NCBI GenBank assembly: GCA_002698705.1
Contig: NZZM01000032.1
Coordinates: forward strand, 1-61,537
DNA from: Formosa sp.
GTDB lineage: Bacteria > Bacteroidota > Bacteroidia > Flavobacteriales > Flavobacteriaceae
DNA: 61,537 bases
Direction: 5' to 3'
In this document: piece by piece, positions 21,633 through 31,736 of the stretch
Layout: the number at the start of each line of letters is the position of its first letter
How positions within the stretch are numbered: position 1 is the first letter of the stretch
Notes under the pieces: model-generated
Databases searched by the model: none
What the model was told of the DNA's origin: nothing
What the model saw: the letters and a program-made list of their open reading frames with translations, nothing else
Made by a program: the position numbers and the translations under genes

Positions 21633-21803
21633 ACATTTTTTAAATATTTTTATATGGTTTAATGAGGTATTTTTTCTCAGAATTATGTTGATAAAGTAAA
21701 AAAACGAATGAAGCTATAACCCAAGTCTTATTAAATATTAAAAATTAACTCAAAAAAAACATCTCTTAAATATGATAGTTTAAACAAGATTATTAATTAA
21801 AAC

Positions 21804-22697
21804 TCATCTTATTTTTGATTGCCTGGGATGTGTGTTCTTATATATTTTTTTTAGTTCTGAAATATTATTGTTGGTATATATTTGAGTTGCTGCCAAACTT
21901 GAGTGGCCTAACAATTCTTTTACGGCATTTAAATCAGCACCATTTTTTAATAAATGAGTAGCAAAAGAATGTCTTAGAATATGAGGGCTTTTTTTTACTT
22001 TTGAAGAAACTATTTGAAAATAAATTTTAACTATTCTGTAAACAATGGCACCATAAAGTTTAGCTCCTTTTTTAGTTAAAAAAAGCAATTCCGAATCTTT
22101 TATTATTTTAAGTTGTTTGCGGTAATAAATATAATTATTCAATGATTTTTTTAAAGGACCAACTAGGGGGATATAACGCTCTTTTTTGCGTTTTCCTAAA
22201 ACTTTAATCCGTTCTTGAATAAAATCTATATCTTTTATCTTTACTTTGATTAACTCATTACGACGCATTCCAGTACAATAAAGGAGTTCTATTATTAATC
22301 TGTCACGAATAGTTTCAAAATCGTTTCCATTAAAGCTTTTTAGGACATCATTAATCTCCTGTTCCGAAAACGGAACGTATATTTTTTTGTTTTCTTTAAG
22401 AGCTTTGTGTTTTACTAGGGGAGAATATCTTATTGAGCCCGTTTTTATCAAAAAGTTATAGTAACTACGTAATGAAGATATTTTCCGATTTACGGAACGA
22501 TTTGTCAAACCGCTATCAACAAGGACGGTGATCCAACGCCTAATTTCAGAATAATGAGCTTTTTTTAAATCTGAAATATCAAAACATTTTAATAAGAAAT
22601 GCTGGAATTTCTCAACGTCTTTACTGTAGGCTAGGATTGTATTTGAAGAATATTTTTTTTCAAATGAAAGGAAATCGGAAAATGATTTAAGGGACAT
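21804..22697 (-). CDS. xerC: Tyrosine recombinase XerC-like (chromosome dimer resolution)
   Basis: GMRRNEL, HILRHSFATHLL, LLGHSS, TQIYT catalytic residues; conserved position after rpsU. Confidence 0.85.
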   Translation of the reverse strand: MSLKSFSDFLSFEKKYSSNTILAYSKDVEKFQHFLLKCFDISDLKKAHYSEIRRWITVLVDSGLTNRSVNRKISSLRSYYNFLIKTGSIRYSPLVKHKALKENKKIYVPFSEQEINDVLKSFNGNDFETIRDRLIIELLYCTGMRRNELIKVKIKDIDFIQERIKVLGKRKKERYIPLVGPLKKSLNNYIYYRKQLKIIKDSELLFLTKKGAKLYGAIVYRIVKIYFQIVSSKVKKSPHILRHSFATHLLKNGADLNAVKELLGHSSLAATQIYTNNNISELKKIYKNTHPRQSKIR

Positions 22698-22766
22698 ATA
22701 AATTAATATAGATGGCTCCTAAGTTACATAAAATTTAAAAAAATCAGAGAGTGATATAATAAATTT

Positions 22767-22961
22767 TCACATGTTTTCAGCATCCCTTAGGCCTTGAACA
22801 TATTGTGCTTTTTGAATTTCAGCTCTTCTTTTTACAGAAGGTTTTGTAAATTGTTTACGAGTCTGTAAAGAACGTTTTGTACCGGTCTTATCAAACTTTC
22901 GCTTAAAACGCTTTAGTGCTCTATCTATGTTTTCTCCTTCTTTTATTGGTATTATTAGCAT
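22767..22961 (-). CDS. rpsU: 30S ribosomal protein bS21
   Basis: GENIDRALKRFKRKF, FTKPSVKRR. Confidence 0.97.
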   Translation of the reverse strand: MLIIPIKEGENIDRALKRFKRKFDKTGTKRSLQTRKQFTKPSVKRRAEIQKAQYVQGLRDAENM

Positions 22962-22968
22962 GATTTAA

Positions 22969-22980
22969 ACCTCCCTCCTT
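22969..22980 (-). promoter_or_regulatory. Strong Shine-Dalgarno sequence (AAGGAGGGAGGT) of rpsU
   Basis: Reverse complement of acctccctcctt, 7 nt before the ATG; TATATTTG promoter element at 22995-23002. Confidence 0.85.
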
Positions 22981-23027
22981 TATAAATTAGAATGCAAATA
23001 TAATTTTATTATTGATTTTGCAATAGT

Positions 23028-24167
23028 TTATTTCAAAATATTTCTAGCAATTACAAGTTTTTGAATTTCAGTTGTTCCTTCACCAATTGTACAAAGTTTT
23101 GAGTCTCTGTAAAATTTCTCCACTGGAAATTCTTTGATATATCCGTAACCTCCATGTATTTGAACTGCATCACCAGCAATTTTAACACAAGATTCACTGG
23201 AATACATTTTAGCCATTGCCGCAACTGTGGTTAAATCTCCACCAATATTTTTTATTGAAGCGGCCTTGTGAACAAGCAATTCAGAAGCAGCTATTTCAGT
23301 TGCCATCTCCGAAAGCTTGAAAGAAATACCTTGAAAACTAGAAATTGGTTTCCCAAACTGAACACGTTCCTTAGAATATTTCAAGGCTGCTGTGTAAGCC
23401 CCTTTAGCAATTCCAAGAGATAAAGCTCCAATAGAAATACGACCCCCATCTAATAATTTTAGAGATTGTTTAAACCCTTCTCCTTCATTTCCAATAATAT
23501 TTTCCTTGTGAACTTTACAATTATCAAAAATCAATTCAGCAGTTTCACTTGAACGCATACCAAGTTTATTTTCCTTTTTACCACCACTAAATCCAGGTGT
23601 ACCTTTTTCAACAATAAAAGCAGATATTCCACTTGAATCCCCTTTTTTTCCTGTTCTAGCGATCACAACTGCAACATCTCCACTTTTACCATGTGTGATA
23701 AAATTTTTTGTGCCATTCAAGATATAATAATCTCCTTCCTTTACAGCTGTTGTATTCATCCCTCCAGCATCGCTACCGGTATTGTGTTCAGTAAGACCCC
23801 AGGCTCCAATATTCTCACCAGAACAGAGTTTTGGGAGCCATTTTTGTTTCTGTTTTTCATTACCAAAATAGAAAATATGGCCTGTGCAAAGAGAATTATG
23901 CGCTGCAATAGACAAACCAATAGATGGGTCTACCTTGGAAATTTCTTCGATAATGGTTACATATTCGTGATATCCAAGTCCAGATCCACCATATTCTTCC
24001 GGAATAAAAACACCCATAAAACCCATTTCCCCTGCTTTTTTTAATATTTCAATTGGAAAGTGTTGTGTTTCATCCCAAAGCATAATATTGGGACGTATAT
24101 ATTGTTCTGCGAAATCACGTGCAGAATATGAAATCATTTTAAGTTCTTCGGAGAATTGAAAATTCAT
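23028..24167 (-). CDS. Acyl-CoA dehydrogenase
   Basis: GAWGLTEHNTGSDA, NGTKNFITHG, QIHGGYGY, IGEGTTEIQ. Confidence 0.95.
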   Translation of the reverse strand: MNFQFSEELKMISYSARDFAEQYIRPNIMLWDETQHFPIEILKKAGEMGFMGVFIPEEYGGSGLGYHEYVTIIEEISKVDPSIGLSIAAHNSLCTGHIFYFGNEKQKQKWLPKLCSGENIGAWGLTEHNTGSDAGGMNTTAVKEGDYYILNGTKNFITHGKSGDVAVVIARTGKKGDSSGISAFIVEKGTPGFSGGKKENKLGMRSSETAELIFDNCKVHKENIIGNEGEGFKQSLKLLDGGRISIGALSLGIAKGAYTAALKYSKERVQFGKPISSFQGISFKLSEMATEIAASELLVHKAASIKNIGGDLTTVAAMAKMYSSESCVKIAGDAVQIHGGYGYIKEFPVEKFYRDSKLCTIGEGTTEIQKLVIARNILK

Positions 24168-24343
24168 TTATTGTGTAAATTTATTTACAAATATAAATTA
24201 ATTAGGCCTATTTATTTGACTATAAATTCTTTAAGTTTTGTTAATTCGTAAACCAATTTATAAGCTATCTATAAAATGTACATTTGAAAATAGTTCAGTA
24301 TTTTTATTCATCAAATAGTTTAGGAATCTAATCGAAACATAAA

Positions 24344-25948
24344 TCACTTTTTTTTGATGGCAGTCAAATATTTATCTAACTCTTTCTTCACTACAGGGTA
24401 TAAGAAAAATAGTCCAATCATATTAGGAAAAATCATTGCAAAAATCATAGCATCTGAAAATTTCCAAATCGACCCCATAGATGCTGCAGCTCCGATAACA
24501 ATAAATATTAGGAAAAGAAATTTGTATACTAAATCAGCTAATCTACCTCTACCAAATAAAAACTTCCAAGATTGTAAGCCGTAATATGACCATGAAATCA
24601 TAGTTGAGACTGCAAATAACACAACAGCAGTTGTTAAAAAAATATTAGAGTATGGGATATATTGCGCAAATGCTTTGGATGTAATACCTGCACCTTCATA
24701 AGGGTCGCCGTCAATAAAAACAACTCCTGAGCCATCACCCCCATATTCAAAGAATCCACTAAAATTAAAAATGATAATCACTAGGGCAGTCATTGTACAA
24801 ATCACAACGGTATCTATGAATGGCTCTAAAAGTGCGACTAAACCTTCTGATGCTGAGTATTTTGTTTTAACAGCAGAATGCGCAATTGACGCAGAGCCTG
24901 CACCTGCTTCATTTGAAAAAGCTGCGCGTTGAAATCCTACTATAACTACTCCAATTATTGAGCCAACACCAAATGCTGTAGGATTAAAAGCTTCACTAAC
25001 AATAAGACTAACAGCATCATCAACTAAAGTAAAATTAGATAGAATAATATATAAACAAGCAACTATGTACATGACCGCCATAAATGGAACAACTTTTTCA
25101 GTAACTTGAGCAATACGTTTTATCCCACCAATGATAATAATACCAACTAATGCAGCTAACACAACTCCAACAATAGCACCTGCGGCTGTACTATCCCAAT
25201 TAAATAATTCTTTTATAACAATGGTAGCTTGATTTGATTGCGCTGCGTTACCCCCTCCAAAAGATCCACCAATACAAAATATTGCAAAAAAAGCTGCAGC
25301 TACTTTTCCAAATCTAGAAAAGCCTCTTGATTTTAACCCTTTACTTATATAATACATTGGACCTCCATATATTGTTCCGTCCTGTCCAACATCACGAAAC
25401 TGGACTCCTAGTGTACACTCAACAAATTTAGTTGACATACCTAATAGTCCACAAACAATCATCCAAAATGTTGCGCCTGGTCCACCCAAAGCTATCGCTA
25501 GAGCGACTCCTGCAATATTCCCATTTCCAACTGTACCTGAAACTGCAGTTGATAAGGCTTGAAAATGACTTACCTCTCCATCTGAGGTTTTATCTTTTAC
25601 GTTATCAACAGAATCGTTTGTAATTGTAGAACCAACTTGAGTGGATTCAGAAATCGAATAATCAACATGATCGTATTTACCTCTTACTACGTTAATTGAT
25701 TTTCCAAAATAACGAATATTTGGAAATCCAAAATAAATAGTAAAAAACAAGGCGCTACCGACTAATAAGACAAGTACAAAAGGAATTATTACTGTATCCC
25801 CAGAATAAACTGGAAAGAAAATAGCATCAAAAAAGGCATCAGCAATCGGCTGGAATGCCTCATCAATTTTCTGGTCAATTCCCTTGTTTTGGGCAAATGA
25901 AAATAATGGTAAAATCAAAGCTAGAAGAGTGTTTTTTTTCAATTTCAT
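24344..25948 (-). CDS. Alanine/glycine:cation symporter (AGCS family)
   Basis: GTVGNGNIAGVA, GGPGATFWM, GGPMYYI, FSNEAGAGS, FIDTVVICTMT. Confidence 0.93.
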   Translation of the reverse strand: MKLKKNTLLALILPLFSFAQNKGIDQKIDEAFQPIADAFFDAIFFPVYSGDTVIIPFVLVLLVGSALFFTIYFGFPNIRYFGKSINVVRGKYDHVDYSISESTQVGSTITNDSVDNVKDKTSDGEVSHFQALSTAVSGTVGNGNIAGVALAIALGGPGATFWMIVCGLLGMSTKFVECTLGVQFRDVGQDGTIYGGPMYYISKGLKSRGFSRFGKVAAAFFAIFCIGGSFGGGNAAQSNQATIVIKELFNWDSTAAGAIVGVVLAALVGIIIIGGIKRIAQVTEKVVPFMAVMYIVACLYIILSNFTLVDDAVSLIVSEAFNPTAFGVGSIIGVVIVGFQRAAFSNEAGAGSASIAHSAVKTKYSASEGLVALLEPFIDTVVICTMTALVIIIFNFSGFFEYGGDGSGVVFIDGDPYEGAGITSKAFAQYIPYSNIFLTTAVVLFAVSTMISWSYYGLQSWKFLFGRGRLADLVYKFLFLIFIVIGAAASMGSIWKFSDAMIFAMIFPNMIGLFFLYPVVKKELDKYLTAIKKK

Positions 25949-26088
25949 ATGTTTTAAGTTAAGTAACGCAAAAAGATCTCAACAAGATGCCAAAAAAAAA
26001 TGAGTTATTAAAATTAAAATTTAGATTTTAAGCTTGTTTAAATTTTAATAATTTGGTTGTTTATTAAATAATGAGTGAATTTATATGA

Positions 26089-27114
26089 CTAAATCTCAAT
26101 ATTAAACATACTATTAAGCGTTTGTATTTGTTCAGATCTGCCCAATACAATAATTTTAGAGCCAATAACTAATTTCTGGCTGGCCTCGGGGTTTATAAGA
26201 TAATTTCCATTTTCGTCCTTGTATCCAATAACATTACATCCTGTTTTTTTACGTAAATCCAATTCTAAAATTGTTTTTTGTTTTGATGTATCGCACAGTT
26301 TTTCAACCGCAATTTCTTCAATGTTAATTGTTTGCTCCCCAACTATTGATAAGTTATCTATAAATTCCAAAAGATCTGGAACTACAACTAATGAAGCCAT
26401 GTGATTTCCCCCAATTCGGTCTGGAAGAATCACATTATTAGCACCTGCAAGTTTTAATTTACTGTAGCTTGATTCTTCTGAAGCTCGACTTATAATATGA
26501 ATTTTTGGGTTTATTTGGCGTGCAGAAAGGACCACAAACACATTTTCTGAATCATTGGGTAATGCACAAATCAAGCAAGCAGCGTTATTGATACCTGCGC
26601 GAATCAATACTTCATCTTCATTTGCATCTCCAATAGTAAAAGCAAAATCTTTATTTTCACAATTTTGAAAAACAGTTTCGTCTTTGTCTATAACAACAAA
26701 CTTCCTTTGGTGAGATAGCAGTTTTTTAGCAGCTTGTTTTCCATTTCTTCCATAACCACAAATAATGATATGCTCGGATAGAACATTGATTTTTTTTTGC
26801 ATTTTCTTTTGTTTTGATTCTTTAATATCGTTTTTAGAAATTATATACTCGCTGATAACTTTTAATGCATATCCGAGAATTATAGCGCTAGCTAAAATAA
26901 GACCAATAATAAAAATTTTTGCTTGGTGGTCCAAAGCCTCGACATCAGTGTAACCAACAGGTGTGATGGTTATAACTGTCATATAAATTGAGTCTGTCCA
27001 GGAAAGTCCTGAAATAACTTTAAAGCCAACTACTCCACAAAGAACTAGAATTAACAGTAAAAATATAGCTGTATTAATTCTAGATTTGAAAATTTTTAAA
27101 ATTTGCTTAGTCAT
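26089..27114 (-). CDS. Two-TM potassium-channel family protein with RCK (TrkA-N/TrkA-C) domains
   Basis: 2 TM plus pore loop (TITPVGYTD, atypical); ICGYGRNG nucleotide-binding RCK motif. Confidence 0.88.
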   Translation of the reverse strand: MTKQILKIFKSRINTAIFLLLILVLCGVVGFKVISGLSWTDSIYMTVITITPVGYTDVEALDHQAKIFIIGLILASAIILGYALKVISEYIISKNDIKESKQKKMQKKINVLSEHIIICGYGRNGKQAAKKLLSHQRKFVVIDKDETVFQNCENKDFAFTIGDANEDEVLIRAGINNAACLICALPNDSENVFVVLSARQINPKIHIISRASEESSYSKLKLAGANNVILPDRIGGNHMASLVVVPDLLEFIDNLSIVGEQTINIEEIAVEKLCDTSKQKTILELDLRKKTGCNVIGYKDENGNYLINPEASQKLVIGSKIIVLGRSEQIQTLNSMFNIEI

Positions 27115-27117
27115 GAT

Positions 27118-27345
27118 TTAAATATCAAATACAGAACTTCGCTTTGAAAAAATTAAATCTTTAATTCTGAGCCAAAAAGCAAGAAACAAATACAATGCAA
27201 AGCCAAAACCAATAGTCACAAAAGTAACATATATAAAGGAGGTTCTAACGACCTTTGCTCGCATTCCAAAACGATCTGCAATTCGTTGACAAACATCAAA
27301 CCCATAACGCTGGAAATAAAATAAAATTTCATAAAACAACTTCAT
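27118..27345 (-). CDS. PspC-domain small membrane protein
   Basis: GFDVCQRIADRFG...RTSFIY...LYLFLAFW; ATG at 27345 preferred over 27381. Confidence 0.75.
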   Translation of the reverse strand: MKLFYEILFYFQRYGFDVCQRIADRFGMRAKVVRTSFIYVTFVTIGFGFALYLFLAFWLRIKDLIFSKRSSVFDI

Positions 27346-27410
27346 GCTGCAAGTTACACATTTGGATTTAAAAGCTGTCAAATTTTAATAAACAACCAAA
27401 GAATGTTTTT

Positions 27411-28394
27411 CTACTTATCGATATAACCCATTTTTCGCATCCAGTCATCGTTGAATATTTTCCCTACATACCTACTACCATGGTCGTGAAATAATACCAC
27501 TACAACATCCTCTTTTTTGAATTCATTCTTTAGTTGTAGAACTCCTTTTATAGCTGCACCAGCTGAGTTACCCAAAAACATTCCTTCGTCTTTAGCCAAA
27601 CGCTGAGTGTACAAAGCAGCGTCTTTGTCTGTAACTTTTGTGAAACCATCTATTATATCAAAATTGACATTTTCTGGTAAAATATCTTCCCCAATCCCCT
27701 CTGTAACATATGGATATATTTCATTTTTATCAAAAACACCTGTTTCATGATATTTTTTAAACACACTTCCATAAGTATCAACACCCCAAATTTTTACTGC
27801 TGGGTTTTTTTCTTTGAGATAAGTACCAACTCCTGAAATAGTACCTCCTGTGCCAACACCAACAATAAAGTGAGTTACTTTTCCTTTTGTTTGTTTCCAA
27901 ATCTCAGGACCAGTACTTTCGTAATGAGCTTTTGTATTACTTGGGTTATCATATTGGTTAACATACCAAGAATTTGGTGTTTCTTCAGCAAGTTGTTTAG
28001 CAACAGAGTAGTATGATCGTGGATCATCTGGTTCAACATTTGTAGGACAAACCACTACTTTTGCCCCAACTGCTCTAAGGATGTCCATTTTTTCTTTGGA
28101 CTGCTTATCACTCATTACAAAGATACATTTATATCCCTTGACTATTGCCGCTAAAGCTAAGCCCATGCCCGTATTACCAGATGTACCCTCAATTATTGTT
28201 CCTCCATGAGTTAAAAGTCCAACAGATTCAGCATCTTCAATCATTTTTAAAGCCATACGATCTTTTACAGAGTTACCAGGATTAAACGTCTCATATTTAG
28301 CTAAGACAATACAAGGGATTTCTGAGGTGATTTTATTTATTTTAACTAAAGGAGTATCTCCAATTGTTTCAAGTATATTTTGGGCATATTTCAT
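27411..28394 (-). CDS. PLP-dependent cysteine synthase / cystathionine beta-synthase family protein
   Basis: NPGNSVKDR, EGTSGNTG, GVGTGGT, EGIGED. Confidence 0.92.
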   Translation of the reverse strand: MKYAQNILETIGDTPLVKINKITSEIPCIVLAKYETFNPGNSVKDRMALKMIEDAESVGLLTHGGTIIEGTSGNTGMGLALAAIVKGYKCIFVMSDKQSKEKMDILRAVGAKVVVCPTNVEPDDPRSYYSVAKQLAEETPNSWYVNQYDNPSNTKAHYESTGPEIWKQTKGKVTHFIVGVGTGGTISGVGTYLKEKNPAVKIWGVDTYGSVFKKYHETGVFDKNEIYPYVTEGIGEDILPENVNFDIIDGFTKVTDKDAALYTQRLAKDEGMFLGNSAGAAIKGVLQLKNEFKKEDVVVVLFHDHGSRYVGKIFNDDWMRKMGYIDK

Positions 28395-28457
28395 TTGAAA
28401 AAATTTTTACAAATTTAATCAATTTAAAAGGAGGATAAATACATTAAAATTAAAATT

Positions 28458-29696
28458 TCAAGAATCGAATTTAATAGCTTTTACAGGTGAAATTTTTGCA
28501 ATTAAATAAGACGGTATAATTAATACTGTAATACAAATAATAAAAGTTGAAATATTAAGATTAAAAATAGTTAAAACATCAATATCTATCGGAGCTTTGT
28601 TTACAAAATATATTGATGGATCTAATGTTATCGGGCTGAGATATTTTTGTATTAAAAGAAGAGTAATTCCAACTAAGTTTCCTAAAATTAAACCACAAAT
28701 AGCTAAATAAGCTGAAACATAAATAAAAACTTTTTGAATCCGCCAATTATTACATCCTAAAGCTTTGAAAATACCTATCATTCTTGTTCTTTCTAAAATT
28801 AAGACCAATAAGGCTGTAATCATGTTGATAACTCCAACTATAATCATCATAACTAATATTCCAAAAGTGTTTTTATCAAAAATTTTAATCCACTCAAAAA
28901 TAAGTTGATATTTCTGCTCTATAGTTTTAGAATTAAGAATTGCTGGAGTATTTGAATATATTTCCATCGAAATGTCATCTAAAGTTTCATAATCTTCAAT
29001 GAATACTTCAAACTGACCAATCTGGTTTTCTGTCCAACGATTTAAACGCTGTACATGATTTATATTTCCTATAAGGAAAGTTTTATCTAGTTCCTCAAAG
29101 CCTGAATTAAAAATTCCTGAAATACTAAATTTTATAATATTTGGAGGTTGATTTGAATCTTTTTTCAGAAAATACATTTGAAATTCATCACCAGTGTTAA
29201 AATTCAAACGATTAGCTAAATATTCTGAAATAAGCACCTCCTCACTATATGAATTTGAATATTTTGGTAAATGCCCTTCAACTAAAAATTCTTTGAAATA
29301 ACTCCAATTGTAATCATCCCCAACTCCTTTAATGAATAGACCTTCAAAATCTTTTTCAGTTCTGATAATGCCAAATTTATGAGCTACAGCATGAATATGA
29401 AAAACTCCGCTAACTAACTCTAATTTAGGGTAAAATAATTGATTTTTTTCTATGGGTACTTGTGCTCCCTCAGAAATATTAGTATTAAACTTAGATATTG
29501 TTATGTGTCCATTAAAAGCTACAGCTTTATCACGAATTTTAGATTGCAACCCTTCACTTATCGCTAAAGAAAATAACATGACAATAGTGCTTATAGCAAT
29601 AGCAGCGATACCAATTTTTATTATTGGGCCTGAAACACTACTTTTATAGGACCTAGCGCTAATTATTCTTTTAGCTATAAAAAACTCAAAGTTCAA
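28458..29696 (-). CDS. ABC transporter permease, LolC/LolE (FtsX-like) family
   Basis: TTG start, MNFEFFIAKRI, periplasmic domain, LILERTRMIGIFKALG. Confidence 0.85.
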   Translation of the reverse strand: MNFEFFIAKRIISARSYKSSVSGPIIKIGIAAIAISTIVMLFSLAISEGLQSKIRDKAVAFNGHITISKFNTNISEGAQVPIEKNQLFYPKLELVSGVFHIHAVAHKFGIIRTEKDFEGLFIKGVGDDYNWSYFKEFLVEGHLPKYSNSYSEEVLISEYLANRLNFNTGDEFQMYFLKKDSNQPPNIIKFSISGIFNSGFEELDKTFLIGNINHVQRLNRWTENQIGQFEVFIEDYETLDDISMEIYSNTPAILNSKTIEQKYQLIFEWIKIFDKNTFGILVMMIIVGVINMITALLVLILERTRMIGIFKALGCNNWRIQKVFIYVSAYLAICGLILGNLVGITLLLIQKYLSPITLDPSIYFVNKAPIDIDVLTIFNLNISTFIICITVLIIPSYLIAKISPVKAIKFDS

Positions 29697-29699
29697 TAT

Positions 29700-30920
29700 A
29701 TGATGAGATTCAATTTTATCAAAAATACAGCTTTATTTATTATTATTTTTTTGTCTTGTGAAAATATAAAATCTTCTAACCACGAAATATTAGTAGGTGC
29801 GAATCAACTAGAAATATATTTACCAAAATTAAAAAATAAATCAATTGGAATTGTGGCAAATCAAACCTCAGTAATTTTCAAAAAAAATGCAATCATATCT
29901 GTTGATAATTACAATCATAAAAAATCATATACACATCTAGTGGATTCACTAATAAAAAGAGGTGTTAATATAAAAAAAGTTTTTTCGCCTGAACATGGAT
30001 ATAGAGGAGCATCAGATGCAGGCGAGTATGTAAGTGATAATTTTGATAAAAAAACAGGTTTACCAATTGTATCACTATATGGAAAAAATAGAATACCAAA
30101 TCCCGAAACATTAAAGGGATTAGATATAATAATATTTGATATTCAGGATATTGGCACTAGGTTTTATACTTTTATTTCAACTCTACATTATATGATGGAG
30201 GCTTGTGCAAATTTAAATATACCAATGATATTATTAGACCGTCCAAATCCAAATATTAGTTATGTAGACGGACCTGTTTTGGATATGAAATATAAAAGTT
30301 TTGTAGGTATGCATCCTGTGCCAATTGTTCACGGAATGACCATAGGGGAATTTGCTAAAATGATTAATGGAGAAGGATGGTTAGAAGGTAAACTAAAATG
30401 TGATTTAACAGTTGTTCCAGTAATGAACTATAGTCGAAAAACCGCCTACTCACTGCCTATTAAACCATCTCCTAATCTACCCAATGATAAAGCAATTAAT
30501 TTATACCCAAGCCTTTGCCTGTTTGAAGGTACTAATGTTAGTATTGGTCGTGGAACAGAAATGCAATTTCAAATATTTGGCAGTCCATATCTAAATACTA
30601 AAAACTATAAATATAAATTTATTCCAATTTCTAATTTTGGAGCAAAAAATCCCAAATTTAAAAATAAGATGTGCTTTGGGGAAAATTTAGAAAACAATAA
30701 GTATTTGAGTAAAGTAAATTTAAGCTGGATAATAAATGCTTATGAAAACACATCTGATAAATCAATGTTTTTTAATTCATTTTTTACAAAATTAGCTGGA
30801 CAAATAAAACTTCAGCATCAAATTGAAAATGGTTACAGTATTTCAGAGATTAAATCTTCATGGGAAGAGAAATTAATTTTATTTAAAAAAAATAGATCAA
30901 AATATCTTATTTATCATTAA
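29700..30920 (+). CDS. namZ: Exo-beta-N-acetylmuramidase NamZ family (DUF1343)
   Basis: FSPEHG, SLYG, DIQDIGTRFYTF, LDRPNP, HGMTIGE, PSPNLP, GRGT. Confidence 0.88.
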   Translation: MMRFNFIKNTALFIIIFLSCENIKSSNHEILVGANQLEIYLPKLKNKSIGIVANQTSVIFKKNAIISVDNYNHKKSYTHLVDSLIKRGVNIKKVFSPEHGYRGASDAGEYVSDNFDKKTGLPIVSLYGKNRIPNPETLKGLDIIIFDIQDIGTRFYTFISTLHYMMEACANLNIPMILLDRPNPNISYVDGPVLDMKYKSFVGMHPVPIVHGMTIGEFAKMINGEGWLEGKLKCDLTVVPVMNYSRKTAYSLPIKPSPNLPNDKAINLYPSLCLFEGTNVSIGRGTEMQFQIFGSPYLNTKNYKYKFIPISNFGAKNPKFKNKMCFGENLENNKYLSKVNLSWIINAYENTSDKSMFFNSFFTKLAGQIKLQHQIENGYSISEIKSSWEEKLILFKKNRSKYLIYH

Positions 30921-31049
30921 AAAATAATTTGGATTGGGTTTAAAATATCCATTTAATGTTATTTCATTATTCATTAATTGTTTGTTTGACTGAAATTTGA
31001 TTATTACTTTGAATAGCAATACTTTTATATAAATATAAATTATAAAATC

Positions 31050-31736
31050 ATGTCCAACTCAGTTTTAAGACTAATTGATGCTTATATATTACAAGACAAA
31101 AATCTAATTCTTAATAATATAAATATTGATGTTAAAAAGGGTGAATTTGTTTATTTGATTGGAAAGACTGGATCTGGGAAAAGTAGCTTACTAAAAACTC
31201 TTTATGGAGATTTGGAATTAAGCCAAGGAAAAGGTGAAATTGTTGGATATAAATTAGAAAGCTTAAATCAAAACGAAATACCATTATTAAGACGAAAACT
31301 TGGAATTATTTTTCAAGATTTTAAACTTTTAAACGACCGCTCTATTTATGGAAATCTAGAATTTGTTTTAAAAGCAACAGGATGGGGAAATCAAAAAAAA
31401 ATTTCTGAAAAAATTCAGGCTGTTTTAACTAAAGTAAATATGGAAAATAGTACAGAGAAATTTCCTTATGAGCTTTCTGGTGGAGAGCAGCAAAGAGTTG
31501 CAATTGCAAGAGCTCTATTGAATGACCCTGAGCTAATACTAGCTGACGAACCTACTGGAAACCTAGATCCACAAACTAGCATTGAGGTTATGGAAATATT
31601 ACAGGATTTAAATAAAAAAGGGAATTCTATACTAATGGCCACTCATGATTATGCATTGATTTTAAAATATCCCGCTAAGACACTTAAATGTGAAGACAGT
31701 AAAGTATTTGATGTGGCCCAACGAAAAGAATCTTGA
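31050..31736 (+). CDS. ftsE: FtsE-like ABC ATP-binding protein
   Basis: GKTGSGKS Walker [34 protein letters not shown]. Confidence 0.8.
   Translation: MSNSVLRLIDAYILQDKNLILNNINIDVKKGEFVYLIGKTGSGKSSLLKTLYGDLELSQGKGEIVGYKLESLNQNEIPLLRRKLGIIFQDFKLLNDRSIYGNLEFVLKATGWGNQKKISEKIQAVLTKVNMENSTEKFPYELSGGEQQRVAIARALLNDPELILADEPTGNLDPQTSIEVMEILQDLNKKGNSILMATHDYALILKYPAKTLKCEDSKVFDVAQRKES

Noticed and set aside
21804-22697. Tyrosine recombinase next to a tRNA cluster as a possible integrative element
   Set aside because: XerC-like size and motifs in the housekeeping rpsU context; no duplicated tRNA 3' end (att site) and no cargo genes.
25980-25992. Sigma54-like TGGCAT...TTG upstream of the AGCS symporter (minus strand)
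   Set aside because: Spacer is 4 nt instead of the strictly required 5.
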